Below, piece after piece: positions 38,200 through 48,060 of a DNA stretch of 52,220 nucleotides. The stretch lies in the IMG/VR virus record IMGVR_UViG_3300045988_100671, one strand, 5' to 3'. This DNA is from a virus. The first letter of the stretch is position 1. Each line of letters begins with the position of its first letter. Under the pieces are notes generated by a model. The model was not told the origin of the DNA. It searched no databases and saw only the letters and a program-made list of their open reading frames with translations. The position numbers and the translations under genes are program-made.

Positions 38200-39738
38200 A
38201 TGAAGACCAACCCCAACCGCAAGTCCATGAAGATGGAGGCCGACGAGCTCACCGAGAAGATCAAGGCCTGTGTCAAGGAAGCCCTGGAGGAGCAGGCCGA
38301 GGCCAAGGCAGACGGCGATCCCGCCGAGGAGGAGCCTGCTGCCGAGGTCAACACCGGCGACATCTCCGCCCTGATCGAGCAGGCCATGGACGTCGTGGCC
38401 GAGAAGCGCAAGTCCCGCAAGGAGGCTGGCGAGGAGGTCGGCGACGTGACCGCCGATGACGTCCTGGAGGCCGTCGGCGAGATCATGGAGGCCACCGCCT
38501 CCAAGGCCGACGAGGGCGACCCCGAGGAGAAGGAAGACGACGAGGTCGTTGAGGGCAAGTCCTTCGCGCACCCCGCCCGCCAGACCAAGGCCAAGGCGGC
38601 CAAGACCGGCCGCGCCCCTGCCCAGCGCAAGTACGCTGGCATTTACATGGCCGCCCCCAACTCCGTGAAGAAGACCGAGAAGAAGTCTGTCCCTGCTGCT
38701 ATCCAGCTGGCCCGCGCCATCAAGTGCCTGGACATCTTCGGCAAGCACGACCCCGAGGCTGCTGCCTTCTACGCCCAGCGCAAGTACGACGACAGCGACA
38801 TGGCCCGCGAGTTCAAGGCTCTGTCTGCCACCAATCCCTCCGCTGGCGGCTATCTCATCCCCGAGATTTACATGGACCAGATCATCGAGCTCCTGTACTC
38901 CAAGACCGTCATCTTCGAGCTGGGCGCCCAGAAGGTCCCCATGGCCAACGGCAACCTGAATATCCCCAAGATGACCGGCGGCGCCCGCGCTACCTGGGGC
39001 GGTGAGCAGCGCAAGATTTCCAAGAGCCAGCCCACCTTCGGCAACATCAAGCTGTCCGCAAAGCGCCTGGAGGCCATCGTGCCCCAGACCCGCGAGCTGC
39101 TGATGAGCACCAACTACTCCGCCGATCAGATCTTCGCCAATGACCTGACCCGCCGCATGGAGCTGGGCCTCGACTTCGGTGCCCTGTTCGGCAAGGGCGG
39201 TGAGTTCCAGCCTATGGGCGTCTTCACCGACAAGGAGATCGAGCACATCGACGCCAAGACCATCGGCAACACCGACCTGGCCGACACCAACGGCAAGGTG
39301 ACTGCCGACTTCCCGGTCTATGTCCGCTCCATCGTCCTGGCCAAGAACGTGGACGACATCAAGCTGGGCTGGACCTTCAACAGCGTCCTTGAGGGCTACT
39401 TCATGAACCTCAAGACCACCACCGGTGAGTACATCTACCGCGACGAGATGAACGCCGGTAAGCTGCTGGGCTTCCCCTACAAGGTCTCCAACCAGATCGC
39501 CACCGACAGCACCGGCCTCACCGAGCTGTGCTTCGGCAACTGGGCCGATATGCTGGTCGGCGAGCAGATGGGCCTTGAGACCTACACCACCCTGGACGGC
39601 TCCTGGGTGGACGAGGACGGCGTCCAGCACAACGCCTTCGAGGAGAACCTGGCCGCCACCCGCGCCCTGATGTATGTGGACATCGCCTCCCGTCACAAGG
39701 AGAGCTTCGTCCACGTGAAGAACATCAAGGCGTTTTAA
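38200..39738 (+). CDS. Major capsid protein (HK97 fold) with long acidic N-terminal scaffold-like domain
   Basis: ATG 38200 after aaggagg. PSAGGYLIPE...NIPKMTGGARATWGGE...LSAKRLEAIVP... is typical of HK97-family capsids. Confidence 0.9.
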   Translation: MKTNPNRKSMKMEADELTEKIKACVKEALEEQAEAKADGDPAEEEPAAEVNTGDISALIEQAMDVVAEKRKSRKEAGEEVGDVTADDVLEAVGEIMEATASKADEGDPEEKEDDEVVEGKSFAHPARQTKAKAAKTGRAPAQRKYAGIYMAAPNSVKKTEKKSVPAAIQLARAIKCLDIFGKHDPEAAAFYAQRKYDDSDMAREFKALSATNPSAGGYLIPEIYMDQIIELLYSKTVIFELGAQKVPMANGNLNIPKMTGGARATWGGEQRKISKSQPTFGNIKLSAKRLEAIVPQTRELLMSTNYSADQIFANDLTRRMELGLDFGALFGKGGEFQPMGVFTDKEIEHIDAKTIGNTDLADTNGKVTADFPVYVRSIVLAKNVDDIKLGWTFNSVLEGYFMNLKTTTGEYIYRDEMNAGKLLGFPYKVSNQIATDSTGLTELCFGNWADMLVGEQMGLETYTTLDGSWVDEDGVQHNAFEENLAATRALMYVDIASRHKESFVHVKNIKAF

Positions 39739-39744
39739 TCCGCC

Positions 39745-39766
39745 GGAGGGGCCGCAAGGCCCCTCC
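39745..39766 (+). terminator. Stable hairpin after the capsid gene (terminator or RNA stabiliser; no T-tract)
   Basis: ggaggggcc-gcaa-ggcccctcc, a 9-bp GC stem with a GCAA loop. Confidence 0.45.
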
Positions 39767-39801
39767 AACTACTCACATTACCAACAAGGAGGAAATGCAC
39801 T

Positions 39802-40146
39802 ATGAAGCGTGCTCTTATTCAGAACGTGAAGGTTATGCCCTATACCCTGGAGACTGCCATTGACCGCGAGGGCTATCTCTCCGCCATCCTGGCCGCCTCC
39901 GTGACCGCTGGCACCAGCGCCAAGGTCTCTGTCACCCACTGCGACACCGAGAGCGGCAGCTACGAGGCCGTCCCTGACGACTTCATCGTGGTCGGCAAGG
40001 ACGAGGCCAGCTTCACCGCCACCGCGCTGGTGAACTTCGACATCGACCTGGTCGGCTGCAAGCGCTATATCAAGATCAACGTCACCGGCCCCACCACGGC
40101 CACCTATGCCGTCGCCCTGGGCGACCCGGTCGAGGCCCCCGTTTAA
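39802..40146 (+). CDS. Hypothetical head-associated protein
   Basis: RBS aaggagg. 114 aa, beta-rich. Lies between capsid and connector genes. Confidence 0.6.
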   Translation: MKRALIQNVKVMPYTLETAIDREGYLSAILAASVTAGTSAKVSVTHCDTESGSYEAVPDDFIVVGKDEASFTATALVNFDIDLVGCKRYIKINVTGPTTATYAVALGDPVEAPV

Positions 40147-40167
40147 TTTCAGGAAGGAGTGCTCAAG

Positions 40168-40290
40168 ATGGCCCGTATCTATGACCAGAAGGCCGTGAAG
40201 CCTTCCCAGAACAAGAAGACCGGCCCCTCCGAGAAGAAGGACGAGGGCACCAAGAAGGGCGAGGAGAAGAAGGAGGGCGAGGGGGAGTAA
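40168..40290 (+). CDS. Small K/E-rich protein (40 aa, not in ORF track)
   Basis: gaaggag 8 nt upstream of ATG 40168. Product MARIYDQKAVKPSQNKKTGPSEKKDEGTKKGEEKKEGEGE. An 11-bp hairpin spans its stop (40274-40301). Confidence 0.4.
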   Translation: MARIYDQKAVKPSQNKKTGPSEKKDEGTKKGEEKKEGEGE

Positions 40291-40323
40291 CCCCTTGCCC
40301 TCTGATTGAGAGGGGGATGCAGC

Positions 40324-40977
40324 ATGGAAAATGAACCCACCGTAACCCTGGCCCCCAATGCCATGACCACCCTTGAGGACACCATGGAGCGCCTTGGAAT
40401 CCCGCCGGAGGCGGCCGATACCGCCGTGAAGAACAACATCATCCGGCTCATCAACACCGCCTCTGCCTGGGTCGAGACGATCACCGGACGGAAGTTCGGG
40501 AGACAGACCTACACCCAGAGGTACGCCGCCCCTGGGCACCAGGAGCTTGTGCTCCAGCAGTACCCCATCAGGTCCGTGGAATACGTCAAGGACACCATGG
40601 ACGGCGTAGACATCGACCCGGATTCCTACGACTTTTCCATGGAGGGAGACGTCGGGGTTCTGTACCGGGACCTCGGGTGGGTGTTCCGCGGGTACATCGC
40701 GGGCCTTGCGAACGACTATGTGGCGCCGAGGCGGTACCTGGAGGTGAAGTACACCGCTGGGTACATCCTCCCGAAGGACGCCACAGAGGAGGAGCCCTCG
40801 GACCTCCCTGCGGACATCGTGGGCATCGTCTGGGGGATTGCGGAACAGGAGTTCTCCATCCTCCGAAACGGAGCCCAGGGCCTTGCTGCCTTCTCCATCT
40901 CGGACGTGAGCTGGACCTTCGATAAGGAGCCCCGTAGCTCCTGGATGGAGACCCTTGCCCACTACATGAGGTGGTAG
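40324..40977 (+). CDS. Head-tail connector (gp6-like) protein
   Basis: ATG 40324; the track opens at TTG 40306. Position and LEDTMERLGI...IIRLINTASAWVETITGRKF are typical of gp6-like connectors. Confidence 0.65.
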   Translation: MENEPTVTLAPNAMTTLEDTMERLGIPPEAADTAVKNNIIRLINTASAWVETITGRKFGRQTYTQRYAAPGHQELVLQQYPIRSVEYVKDTMDGVDIDPDSYDFSMEGDVGVLYRDLGWVFRGYIAGLANDYVAPRRYLEVKYTAGYILPKDATEEEPSDLPADIVGIVWGIAEQEFSILRNGAQGLAAFSISDVSWTFDKEPRSSWMETLAHYMRW

Positions 40978-41624
40978 GCGTGAGGACCACGGACGGCGTA
41001 ACGCCAGAGATCGAGAGAATCAGGAGGGAGCTGGAGCACCTGAACCGGATCCGTATCAAGGTCGGAATCCAGGGAGATGCAGACAGCGAGATACTGACAA
41101 TCGCCCGCGTCCACGAGTTTGGAGCGGTCATCACGGCAAAGACCACCAAAAACCTCGCTATCCCAATCCACAGAGAAAGCTACGACAAAAGCCCCAGGGA
41201 CTTCCCGGGGCTTTTCTTCATCCGGTCGGAGGCCGGGTACCTTTTCGGCGTTGTGGAGAAGGGACGCCGCCGGAAGGGCAGCGAAGGGGACAACCTCAAG
41301 TTCCTGTTCCTGCTGCTGCCATCTGTCACCATACCGGAGCGTTCCTTCATCCGCGCCGGGTATGATTCCAACAAGAACCGGCTTGCGGAGGTCGTCAAAG
41401 ATCAGGTGTCGGAGATCATCTTCAACCGAAAGACCGCCACCCAGGCGGCCGAGTACATCGGAGGCAAGGCGGTGGACTTCATCCGGGAGTTCATCAACGA
41501 CGCCAGCAACTTCAAGCCGAAGGGAAACATCCAGAAAGAGAGGCACCCGTCTTGGGCGAACAGCCCGCTTATCGTGACGGGCCGCCTCCGAAATTCAATC
41601 ACATGGAAAATCGAGGAGGGATAG
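40971..41624 (+). CDS. Virion morphogenesis / HK97 gp10-like head-tail protein
   Basis: PLIVTGRLRNSI motif near the C-terminus. The start is GTG 40971 or GTG 40980. Confidence 0.6.
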   Translation: MVGVRTTDGVTPEIERIRRELEHLNRIRIKVGIQGDADSEILTIARVHEFGAVITAKTTKNLAIPIHRESYDKSPRDFPGLFFIRSEAGYLFGVVEKGRRRKGSEGDNLKFLFLLLPSVTIPERSFIRAGYDSNKNRLAEVVKDQVSEIIFNRKTATQAAEYIGGKAVDFIREFINDASNFKPKGNIQKERHPSWANSPLIVTGRLRNSITWKIEEG

Positions 41625-41625
41625 C

Positions 41626-42000
41626 GTGGGAATCCTGTTCAAAATGGCACAGCCGCAGATACCGGGCGGTCTCCTGCACACGATGTATGAGCTCCAGTCC
41701 GGCGGCAAGTACGACCAGGACCAGGGCGGACAGTGGGTGCCCACTCCTGACCAGAGGACCGCCTTTCAAGGCGTAGTCCTCCCGGTCAGCGATGTGGACC
41801 TGCGCCGGGAGATCACCGGCACCGTCACGGACAGGTCCGAAAAAATCTACACCAACGGCCACGCCCTAAAGGTTGGCGCGGAGGTGTACGACCCCGATTC
41901 TGACACGACCTACACCGTTACCCAGGAGCTCGGGCATAATAGCCTTCATCCTTTGAAGCGGTACCTTGTGGAAGCGAGAGGAGGCGCGGCAGCAAAATGA
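41626..42000 (+). CDS. Head-tail adaptor-like protein
   Basis: GTG start after gaggaggg. Called from size and position. Confidence 0.5.
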   Translation: MGILFKMAQPQIPGGLLHTMYELQSGGKYDQDQGGQWVPTPDQRTAFQGVVLPVSDVDLRREITGTVTDRSEKIYTNGHALKVGAEVYDPDSDTTYTVTQELGHNSLHPLKRYLVEARGGAAAK

Positions 42001-42524
42001 CCTTCACAGAGAAGCGAAACAAGCTGATCGCCGCCCTTCACGCCGCCGTCGGGCGGCCTGTTGTTCTCGCATCGCAGGTTCAGCCGGAGGCAGAAGTCCC
42101 GTTCATCATCTACACGGTTACGACCGACTACATGGCGGACGGAAGCCTTGGGCACTACCTCCAGGGCGACGGTGAAACGGAAGACAGCCTGGTTGTGGTC
42201 CGGGCAGAGCAGCCGACCGCGACCTTTTCATTTACTGCTTGCAGCATCGACAGAACCACGGATAGCGGCACCGTATTTGGAGCGGACGAAGCCCTGGACC
42301 TCGCAAATAGGGCCCAGGGCTTTTTCCTTCATACCGGCCGTGACGCGATGGAGGCGGCTGGCTTTGTGGCCCTTGATGTCTCCAACGCCACCAACCGGGA
42401 CGCCCTGGAGCTCAATGAGATGGGCCGCCGGTACGGCTTCGATGTCCGCCTCCGCTATGTGCGCGAGGACGTTCTTGAGGTTGGTGCTGTCGAGAAGCCG
42501 AACATCATCCAGAAAAAGGAGTGA
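41997..42524 (+). CDS. Tail terminator / completion-like protein
   Basis: Immediately upstream of the sheath gene. 175 aa. Confidence 0.5.
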   Translation: MTFTEKRNKLIAALHAAVGRPVVLASQVQPEAEVPFIIYTVTTDYMADGSLGHYLQGDGETEDSLVVVRAEQPTATFSFTACSIDRTTDSGTVFGADEALDLANRAQGFFLHTGRDAMEAAGFVALDVSNATNRDALELNEMGRRYGFDVRLRYVREDVLEVGAVEKPNIIQKKE

Positions 42525-42529
42525 AAACC

Positions 42530-43606
42530 ATGCCGAAAGACGTTATCGTCGTCGTTGACATCGACGCGAAGCCTGCTGGTACCGAAAGCCTTGACATCCT
42601 CCTGGTCTCCACGGAAGGGGCGAAGGGCGTCGCCACCTACCGCGATCTTGAGGTTATCAAGACCGATTATACCGGCAAGAAGGTTGCGGACATGGCCGCA
42701 GCCTTATTTGACCAGGGCAAGACCACCCTGGCCGACACTCTCATCCGCAAGGTCAAAATCCTCGGCATCGAGGCCCCTACCGGGTCCGGCGAGGAGGACA
42801 AGGCCGCAGCCCTTGTTGCGGCCATCGAGGAGTTCCGCCAGACGGACGACGACTGGTACATCCTTCTGACCGATCAGAGCGGCGATGAATATGTCACCGC
42901 CCTTGCGGCCTGGGCGGAGGCCACGGAGCCTACGGAAGCGGAGCTGGGCGCTGGTGAGGAAGACCACCGCAAGCTCTATTTCGGACAGACCAACAACAAG
43001 GAGCTGGAGATCACCAACCGCCGCGCCGTGGTCATCTATACCGACCAGCTCACCGAGTACGCAGACGCCGCCTACCTGGGAAACGTCGCCCCGTTCTACC
43101 CCCGGTCCGTCACCTGGAAGTTTAAGCGCCCCCAGGGCCTCACGGTCCCTGATCTGACCCAGGCCGAGAGAGACGCCCTGGAGGAGGCGAACGTCAACTT
43201 CCTCACTGTGGAATACAAGCACGAGTACGTGAAGAACGGCGTCTGCACCGACGGCGAGTTCATCGACGTCCAGATGGGCGCCGACTACATCGCCAAGACC
43301 ATGCGTGAAAACCTGTATGCGATCTTCCTGGAGAACCCCAAGATCGGTTACACCGACGAGGGCTTCGCCATGGTCGGAGCCGGTGTCTATCAGGCCCTCA
43401 ACAAGGCCGTGGACAACGAGATCATCGCGCTGGACCCGGAAAGCAACAAGGGCGTCTTCACCGTCGTCATCCCGAAGCGCTCTGCTGCTACCGACGAACA
43501 GGCCCGCAACCGCGAGATGCCGGACATCACCTGGGAAGCGCAGCTCGAAGGCGCTGTCCACAGCGCGAAGGTCAAGGGCGTGCTGCGTGCTACCTTGAGC
43601 GCGTAA
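42530..43606 (+). CDS. Tail sheath-like protein (DUF3383-type)
   Basis: ATG 42530, 8 nt after aaggag; the track opens at GTG 42521. Called from sequence character, size, and position before the tube gene. Confidence 0.7.
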   Translation: MPKDVIVVVDIDAKPAGTESLDILLVSTEGAKGVATYRDLEVIKTDYTGKKVADMAAALFDQGKTTLADTLIRKVKILGIEAPTGSGEEDKAAALVAAIEEFRQTDDDWYILLTDQSGDEYVTALAAWAEATEPTEAELGAGEEDHRKLYFGQTNNKELEITNRRAVVIYTDQLTEYADAAYLGNVAPFYPRSVTWKFKRPQGLTVPDLTQAERDALEEANVNFLTVEYKHEYVKNGVCTDGEFIDVQMGADYIAKTMRENLYAIFLENPKIGYTDEGFAMVGAGVYQALNKAVDNEIIALDPESNKGVFTVVIPKRSAATDEQARNREMPDITWEAQLEGAVHSAKVKGVLRATLSA

Positions 43607-43622
43607 GAAAGGAGCATTGTAA

Positions 43623-44033
43623 ATGGGCAAAGTATCTGTTACCACCTATGACCCCAAGAAGGTCAACGTCATCGTCGGCGGCCGGGTAATCACCGGTTTC
43701 GCCTCTGATGGCGTCGTAACCCTGGCGAAGTCCGAGGATAGCGTCACCCCTTCTGTGGGCGCGAAGGGCGATGTGACCTACTCCGAGAACGCCAACGAGA
43801 GCGGCACCGTGTCCCTCACGCTAATGTCCACCTCCTCCAGTCTGTCCTATCTGCGCGATCTGGAGGCCAAGCGCCGCGCCGTCAACGTCTCCATCACGGA
43901 CGCCAACGACGACACCGCCTTCACCATGAACGAGGACAACTGCCGCATCACCAAGATGCCTGACGTCGCCCGCCAGAAGGAGCAGGCGACCGTCACCGTC
44001 ACCATCTTCGTCCCGTCCATGACCATCCGGTAA
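43623..44033 (+). CDS. Tail tube protein (DUF3277-type)
   Basis: RBS aaaggag. 136 aa, beta-rich. Follows the sheath. Confidence 0.7.
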   Translation: MGKVSVTTYDPKKVNVIVGGRVITGFASDGVVTLAKSEDSVTPSVGAKGDVTYSENANESGTVSLTLMSTSSSLSYLRDLEAKRRAVNVSITDANDDTAFTMNEDNCRITKMPDVARQKEQATVTVTIFVPSMTIR

Positions 44034-44098
44034 TGGGCGGGGCTCCACACTGGCCGAACCGGCCGAAATCTTTAACCGAAAGGGGCTACCGAAAGTAT

Positions 44099-44365
44099 AT
44101 GGCAAAGCAGAAGAAAGTTACCGTGAACGGCCAGGAGTTCACCCTCCAGAGCGTTTCTCCCACCTGGTATTTTGGCGTCAATGACGAGTGCGGCATGACC
44201 GGCGGAAAGAAGGACACCAGCAAGTATCTGGACACCATGTTCAAGAACTGCGTGGTCTCTCCCGCGGAGGTCCGCAACGACGGCATGGCCTACTTCGACG
44301 CCCAGGAGGACGTCAAGACCCCGGAGAAGCTGATTAAGGCTATCGAGCAGTTTCTTCGAGAGTGA
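44099..44365 (+). CDS. Tail assembly chaperone (G-like)
   Basis: 88 aa, between tube and tape measure. Confidence 0.65.
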   Translation: MAKQKKVTVNGQEFTLQSVSPTWYFGVNDECGMTGGKKDTSKYLDTMFKNCVVSPAEVRNDGMAYFDAQEDVKTPEKLIKAIEQFLRE

Positions 44366-44549
44366 ACTCGACCGAGTAGCGGCAGACCGCAGGGCCCGCC
44401 GCAATAAGACCTTCTGGCTCATGGTATTCAGCGGCCAGGGCTTGAGCTATTCAGACATGAAAGGCATGGACCTGGCGGAATATCAAGAGGCGGTTACCGC
44501 CCGGATTCTTTACAACGAAACATGGAGCAAAGAGGGGCGGCCGCAGTAA
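44334..44549 (+). other. Open +1-frame extension overlapping the chaperone 3' end (candidate frameshift product, T-like part)
   Basis: Stop-free from 44334 to TAA 44547-44549. Encodes ...ELDRVAADRRARRNKTFWLMVFSGQGLSYSDMKGMDLAEYQEAVTARILYNETWSKEGRPQ. No RBS or early ATG of its own. Confidence 0.45.
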
Positions 44550-44588
44550 TGCGACCGCCCCATTTTTCCGCAGAAAGGAGGTGAGGGC

Positions 44589-47066
44589 ATGGCAGACAGC
44601 AGAGAGCTCACCTTTGGAATGGACTTTGACCTGGACGAGACGATACAGCAGCTCGGCGACATCCTTGGAAGCCTGGAGCGAATCCGGGACAGCGCAGAGG
44701 ACGCCGAGCAGCAGGGCCGCGATATGGGCCGCCAATTCGAGGCTGGCACATCCGCAGCGGCCGCAGGTGCAAGGGACGCAGAACGCGCCCTTGAAGACCT
44801 TGGGGACGAGGCGGGCGACGTAGGAACGGATTTCCGGGCGATCGGCCGGGAGGCCGACAGCTTCGGTTCAGCCGTCATCAAATCCATGGGAACGGCAGCC
44901 AAGGAGAGCGGAAGCGCCGCGAAGACCATCAAGGCGGGCTTTGACGGGGCCATAGGCCAGGTTGAGAAGAAGGTCGGGACCTTTACGAAGAAGGTCAAAG
45001 ACATCGGAACAGCCTTCACGCACCCGATCAGCACCATAAAGGGTAAATTCCTGCGGGCGGTCGAGGATGCAGCGGACGGCCTGGAGGACGTCGGGGACGA
45101 GGCGGACGACGCCAGGAAGGACCTGGACGATATGGGGGACGAAGGCGATAGCGCCGGTTCCCAGATCAAAGATGCCATCAAGGGTGCGCTCGCAACCTTC
45201 ATCGGATTTGAGGCCATCCAGACCGGTATTGATATGCTCAAAGAATTGGGCGCGGCCGCCGTAGAGGCAGCAGGGCTCGCAGAGAACACCGGCCGGAAGT
45301 TTGAAGCCTCTTTTGCAGGAACCGACGCAGCAGAATGGGCGGAGAACTATGCCGACGCCATCCACCGCAGCGACCAGGAGGTCCAGAGCTTCATGGTCTC
45401 CAACAAGGCCATGTACGGCGAGCTGGGTATCACTGGCGAAGCCGCAACGGAGCTCTCTAAAATCTCTACATCCCTCGCATACGACCTCGGCAACGCCTTT
45501 GCCATGGACGATACCGAGGCCCTGGGCGTCATCCAGGACTACATCAGCGGAAACAACGCTGCCCTGGAGGAGTATGGCGTCCACATCGACGAAGTGGCGC
45601 TGAAAAACTCCGCTATGGAGATGGGCCTCGGTAGCCAGATTGACGAGCTGGACGACGTAGCCCTGGCGCAGGTCCGCATGAACGCCCTTCTCAAAGAAAG
45701 CACCGGATTCCAGCAGGCTGCGGCCAACAGTACCGGAGGCCTGGTCAACAGCACCAAGGACCTCAAGGGGATCTGGAGCAACTTCATGGCCGACGCCGGA
45801 GCGAAGTTCACGCCGGTCCTCGAAAGCCTGTTCGGGGCGATCATGGACAACTGGCCCACCATCGAGCCGATGCTCATGCAGTTCGTGGAAATCTTGAGCA
45901 ACGGCATGGCCCAGGCGGCGCCCATCCTCATCGAGCTTGGGCAGACCCTCATTCCGACACTGACCAGCGTGATCGGCACGCTATTCCAGGCCGGACTACC
46001 CCTGATCGAGGTGTTCGGCCAGCTCGCACAGACAATCCTTCCGCCCCTGGCGTCCGTGGTTGGCATGATAGCAGAGGCGGTCATGCCACCCCTGGTTGAC
46101 ATCCTTGGCACGCTCAACACGGCGATTATCCAGCCGCTTGTCCCACTCATTCAGAAGATCGCAGAAGCCTTCCTGCCTCCGATCGCGCAGCTCCTTGGCG
46201 CGATTTCCCCTATCCTTGAGGCGATCAGCCCCGTGCTGACCGTAATCGGGGACGTCCTCGGGGTAATCGCCGAGGTGCTTGGCAAGGTGGTGGGCTGGCT
46301 GGCCGACGGCGTCAACAGCGTCGTGAACTTCTTCACCGGCCTGTTTGGAGGTGCGAAGGAGAGCGAGGCTGCGGTCAATGACCTGAACGGGGCCGTGAAC
46401 GGGCTTGACGAGACGGCCTCCAAGGAGACCTCTCTTGCCGTTGACACCTCGCAGTATAAAGAACAGGTGGAGGGCGCTGCATCCGCCACAACAGAGGCAG
46501 TCACCAACAGCTCCAACGAGATCGCGGAGATTACCGATGTAAACTTCATCGCCATGGGCGCGAGCGCTACGTCCGCTTACTCTACCATGCAGACAGACGC
46601 CGAAACGGCCTGGAGCGCGATGCAGACGGCCGCCCAGACCGGCACCGACAGCATCGTGTCGCAGTTCAGCCGAATCACGGCAGCGGCCAGAGAGGCCGCC
46701 GCAGCCTCTAACATCCAGGTTGGAGCATCTGTCCCGCATAACGCCCGAGGGACTGACAACTTCCCTGGCGGCCTTACCTACATGAACGAGGAGGGCGGCG
46801 AGCTTGCCATCCTCCCCGGGGGAACCGCCATCATTCCGGCCGATCAGACGGACCGGCTCGTGCAGTCCTTCGCCAGCAACAACACCACAAACCAGGGCTC
46901 CAAGCAAATTACCCTGGCTCCCAGTATCCAGATCACCGTCTCCGGCGGAGACAGCTCCGCCGCAGCCAACATCAAAGAGCAGTTGCGTGCCTTGTTCCAG
47001 GAGCTCTACCAGGAGGCCCAGGAGCAGGATTATACCGACCGCATCATGCAGCACGGCTACGCATAA
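44589..47066 (+). CDS. Tape measure protein
   Basis: 825 aa, Ala/Gly/Leu-rich helical repeats, after the chaperones. RBS aaaggagg. Confidence 0.9.
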   Translation: MADSRELTFGMDFDLDETIQQLGDILGSLERIRDSAEDAEQQGRDMGRQFEAGTSAAAAGARDAERALEDLGDEAGDVGTDFRAIGREADSFGSAVIKSMGTAAKESGSAAKTIKAGFDGAIGQVEKKVGTFTKKVKDIGTAFTHPISTIKGKFLRAVEDAADGLEDVGDEADDARKDLDDMGDEGDSAGSQIKDAIKGALATFIGFEAIQTGIDMLKELGAAAVEAAGLAENTGRKFEASFAGTDAAEWAENYADAIHRSDQEVQSFMVSNKAMYGELGITGEAATELSKISTSLAYDLGNAFAMDDTEALGVIQDYISGNNAALEEYGVHIDEVALKNSAMEMGLGSQIDELDDVALAQVRMNALLKESTGFQQAAANSTGGLVNSTKDLKGIWSNFMADAGAKFTPVLESLFGAIMDNWPTIEPMLMQFVEILSNGMAQAAPILIELGQTLIPTLTSVIGTLFQAGLPLIEVFGQLAQTILPPLASVVGMIAEAVMPPLVDILGTLNTAIIQPLVPLIQKIAEAFLPPIAQLLGAISPILEAISPVLTVIGDVLGVIAEVLGKVVGWLADGVNSVVNFFTGLFGGAKESEAAVNDLNGAVNGLDETASKETSLAVDTSQYKEQVEGAASATTEAVTNSSNEIAEITDVNFIAMGASATSAYSTMQTDAETAWSAMQTAAQTGTDSIVSQFSRITAAAREAAAASNIQVGASVPHNARGTDNFPGGLTYMNEEGGELAILPGGTAIIPADQTDRLVQSFASNNTTNQGSKQITLAPSIQITVSGGDSSAAANIKEQLRALFQELYQEAQEQDYTDRIMQHGYA

Positions 47067-47078
47067 GGAGGTGCCGAT

Positions 47079-47699
47079 ATGTATACCCTCGTAGGCCAGA
47101 AGTGCGGCACCGTGCTCCTGGACCCCCGAACAACCGGCGTGGTCAATAGCGAGGCCGTGAGCCGCCAGAGCACCATCACGGACAACCCTGTGGAGGGCGG
47201 CGGCAACATCCAGGACCACGTATTTTGTCAGCCCTTGACCATCCAGCTCCAGGGCACGGCCATCAATGGAGCTGACACTATCGCAGCGTTGAGCGCCATG
47301 TGGAAAAAGGGAGACATCCTTACCTACACCGGTCGAAACAGGATCAGCAACTTGGTCATCCAGAATCTCCAGAGCACCCACGACCCCAGCAACAGGAATG
47401 GATTCACATTTTCCGCTACCCTCAAGCAGATCACCATCGGAAGCTCCGAGGACAGCGGAACGGCATCCACGATGAGCGTGCAGGATTCCACGGCTGCCGC
47501 CTCGTCCCCTACACCGGCGAAGTCCAGCCTTCCGGCATCGCAGACCACGAAGACCAAAAGCGACGGCCTCAAGACAACCGTTTCGACCACGATCTCCTCC
47601 AGCGCCTACGCTTCCTACGTGAACAGCTACAACAGTAAACCGGCGAGCAGCGCGGGGCCAACAACCCGCGCCACTCCGAGCAACAGCGGAAGGAGGTAA
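47079..47699 (+). CDS. Tail/baseplate protein with S/T-rich C-terminus
   Basis: RBS aaggagg. ITDNPVEGGGNIQDH motif. Immediately after the tape measure gene. Confidence 0.6.
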   Translation: MYTLVGQKCGTVLLDPRTTGVVNSEAVSRQSTITDNPVEGGGNIQDHVFCQPLTIQLQGTAINGADTIAALSAMWKKGDILTYTGRNRISNLVIQNLQSTHDPSNRNGFTFSATLKQITIGSSEDSGTASTMSVQDSTAAASSPTPAKSSLPASQTTKTKSDGLKTTVSTTISSSAYASYVNSYNSKPASSAGPTTRATPSNSGRR

Positions 47700-47703
47700 T
47701 GGG

Positions 47704-48060
47704 ATGCAGCTTATTGAACTCGGCAGCGAAGTCCAGTACATCGAGATCGACACCAGCAAAGTCCCCTACACCTTCTCCGTCAAGCTGGAGGACCGGACCT
47801 ACTCCTTCACCATTCGCTACAATGACGTTGGCGGATTCTTTACCGCCGACCTGTCTATCTCTGCGACCGGTGAGGTGCTGGCCTATGGGGACCCCATCCG
47901 GTACGGCCGACCCATGTTTGGCCCAATCGAGGACGAGCGTTTCCCGCTGCCCGTCATCATCCCTCTTTGCCTTACCGGCGACGACATCGACGCCGTGACC
48001 TGGGACAACCTCGGCAAAGAGGTCCAGCTCTATTTGTTCGAGAGGAGGGACGGGTCTTGA
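47704..48060 (+). CDS. Baseplate assembly-associated hypothetical protein
   Basis: RBS aaggagg. 118 aa. Confidence 0.55.
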   Translation: MQLIELGSEVQYIEIDTSKVPYTFSVKLEDRTYSFTIRYNDVGGFFTADLSISATGEVLAYGDPIRYGRPMFGPIEDERFPLPVIIPLCLTGDDIDAVTWDNLGKEVQLYLFERRDGS

